Assembly: GCA_002050355.1 (NCBI GenBank)
Contig: MWYY01000062.1
Location: forward strand, 73,247 to 137,246
Length of the DNA: 64,000 nt
Reading direction: 5' to 3'
Source of the DNA: Acidobacteria bacterium 28-9
Lineage (GTDB): Bacteria > Acidobacteriota > Blastocatellia > Pyrinomonadales > Pyrinomonadaceae
Part shown: piece by piece, positions 62,571-64,000 of the stretch
How the letters are laid out: each line of letters opens with the position of its first letter
How positions within the stretch are numbered: the first letter of the stretch is position 1
Made by a program: the position numbers and the translations under genes
The notes under the pieces: generated by a model
The model's input: the letters and a program-made list of their open reading frames with translations, nothing else
What the model was told of the DNA's origin: nothing
The model's database searches: none

Positions 62571-64000
62571 TTATTTTGAAAAAGCCCAGTAAGACAAAAA
62601 CGCCTGTACAATTCCGATAATCAAACCGAACAATGCGCCGAAAAGCTCGATTGTCCGCAAGTGTTCTTTGGCGACGGACAAAACGAGACCTTCGAGTTTT
62701 TCAACCGGATAAAGATTTATTTTTTCGCGCACGACGTTGCCGATGTCGAATTCGCGGATTGCTTCGGGTAATTTTTCTTTGGCGGCGGAAATAATCGTTT
62801 CGGTCAAAGATTTTCCCGCTTGCAGCACTTTTTCTTCGGAAATGTGGTCGGAAAGTTTGCCGATCGGCGCGGCGAGAAGTCTTTCGATTTGTTTTGACAA
62901 AACCCGATTGATGATATTAGAAGTTTCCGGGCGAGAAATAACGTTCAGCAAACTTTTTGCCAGCATATTTTTGAACTTTTCTTCCGCTTGCGGATGCGCC
63001 GTCTGCAAAATTGCTCCTAGACTGTGCGGGCGAAGTTTTTGCAGTGTGTCGGTCAAATATGCCGAAACCGAAGTCATCATCTGTTCGCCCTGTAAAACCG
63101 AAAATACGCTTTTAGAAATTTGCGATTTCAATCTTTCGAGCTGTTCGCGCGCGATTTTTCCGATAATTTCGGGAAGCGGCTGGCGCATCGCGTTATCAAT
63201 TGAAGTGTTGAGAAAATTTTGCGCTTCGTTGGCAAAAAAATCGCCGCGCAGCGTTTCCTCTATCCGTTTCGGCAGACTTTCATTTACCAAATCGTCAACT
63301 TCTTTTATAAGATTTTCGCGCGAGACAAACATTTTTTTGAAAAACGGAAGATGCTCGTAATAATCGTGAACTTCACGTTTTATCAGCGCGCCGATTTGAT
63401 TGCGCGTACGGTCTGCTGTGATTATCTCGCTTAAATGGTGAACAATTGACTCGACTTGTCCGACCGCTTTTTCTTTAAGCAGCGCAACAGCATCTTCGGT
63501 AAACATTTCGCCCAGAGGAATTTGACTAACGGCTAAATCGTCTACGCGGCGATTGATAAAATCTCTGATTTTCTGCTCAAACACCGGTTCTTTAACGACC
63601 GAACGAATGCGTGTCTCCAAAAAACCAAGAATTTTATTAAACGCTTCTTCATCAACAGTTTCAGAAATCCGGCGCGATAAAACTTCGTCAACACGCCGAT
63701 TGACAAAACCTTGAACGGAGGCGACGGTTTCCTCGCTCTGCAAAACGCTTTCGATATATTCAAAAATTTTTGTTTGCAGCGAAGAAATCGCATCCAAAAC
63801 AGGCTCGCGGATGTTTGCGGGCAAGGCTTCGACAAGCGATGGATAATTTTGCGAAAGCAAATCGTGACTGTAAGAATCAACGACGCCTTGAATTTTTCGG
63901 CGCAAAAAATCCTTCTGGAAAAGTTCTTCCAAAACCGTTTCCTGGGAAACAAGCTCTTCGCCGACGGCTTTACCGATAGCTTCCGCCAGCCGCGTGCGAT
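62571..64000 (-). CDS. DUF445 family membrane protein; 5' end probably outside the window
   Basis: The frame stays open upstream of the listed TTG (63932) to the window edge. The body is long and helical with a C-terminal TM (FGALFGLIIGIVQAFL) typical of DUF445. Confidence 0.65.
   Translation of the reverse strand, partial: RTRLAEAIGKAVGEELVSQETVLEELFQKDFLRRKIQGVVDSYSHDLLSQNYPSLVEALPANIREPVLDAISSLQTKIFEYIESVLQSEETVASVQGFVNRRVDEVLSRRISETVDEEAFNKILGFLETRIRSVVKEPVFEQKIRDFINRRVDDLAVSQIPLGEMFTEDAVALLKEKAVGQVESIVHHLSEIITADRTRNQIGALIKREVHDYYEHLPFFKKMFVSRENLIKEVDDLVNESLPKRIEETLRGDFFANEAQNFLNTSIDNAMRQPLPEIIGKIAREQLERLKSQISKSVFSVLQGEQMMTSVSAYLTDTLQKLRPHSLGAILQTAHPQAEEKFKNMLAKSLLNVISRPETSNIINRVLSKQIERLLAAPIGKLSDHISEEKVLQAGKSLTETIISAAKEKLPEAIREFDIGNVVREKINLYPVEKLEGLVLSVAKEHLRTIELFGALFGLIIGIVQAFLSYWAFSK

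Noticed and set aside
62737-63360. 207-aa ORF on the plus strand
   Set aside because: It is antisense to the long DUF445 gene. It is Ser/Cys/Phe-rich and non-protein-like, with no start context.

Overview
This 64-kb chromosomal window spans the replication-origin region of a bacterium: parB-parA-mnmG, then dnaN-oriC-dnaA. Phylum is not determinable from here; the gene content looks like a soil Acidobacteriota-type organism, at low confidence. I support about 60 protein-coding genes. I recognised no rRNA, tRNA, CRISPR array, transposase or integrase. The ORF track translates alternative starts (TTG/GTG) as M, so several starts were re-picked by hand.

Content is mostly housekeeping and envelope or secreted functions:
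- Housekeeping: acpS, pgeF, rlmN, murE, pabB, icd, purEK, tatAC, selD, selO, crcB.
- Peptidases: an M16 pair, S41 and M14.
- Secreted or membrane nucleases: EEP, NucA-like and S1/P1, plus an unlinked NuiA-type nuclease inhibitor.
- A 1061-aa BNR/sortilin-like protein.

Most noteworthy observations:
1. An AT-rich 2.4-kb islet sits between icd and selO. It carries a TcmP / three-Cys (Gp37/Gp68, DUF5131) gene pair of unknown function plus DUF1810. It is bracketed by inverted copies of a 20-nt hairpin, and tcmP is split by an apparent frameshift.
2. A perfect 924-bp tandem duplication (13708-14631 = 14632-15555) creates a truncated MBL-hydrolase copy and a stray SRPBCC gene fragment.
3. selD is a selenoprotein gene. 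An in-frame UGA at 48145-48147 aligns with the catalytic Cys/Sec, so the ORF track truncates the gene.
4. oriC has about 10 TGTGGAAAA-type DnaA boxes, a (TAG)5 DnaA-trio-like array and an AT-rich unwinding region. A second box cluster lies upstream of dnaA.
5. Degenerate heptanucleotide tandem repeats recur through the window. They form the arms of intergenic hairpins and also sit in frame inside conserved genes (pabB, pgeF, the PCD tail, an M16 N-terminus).

Everything here rests on reading the sequence and on remembered family signatures. No database search was run.
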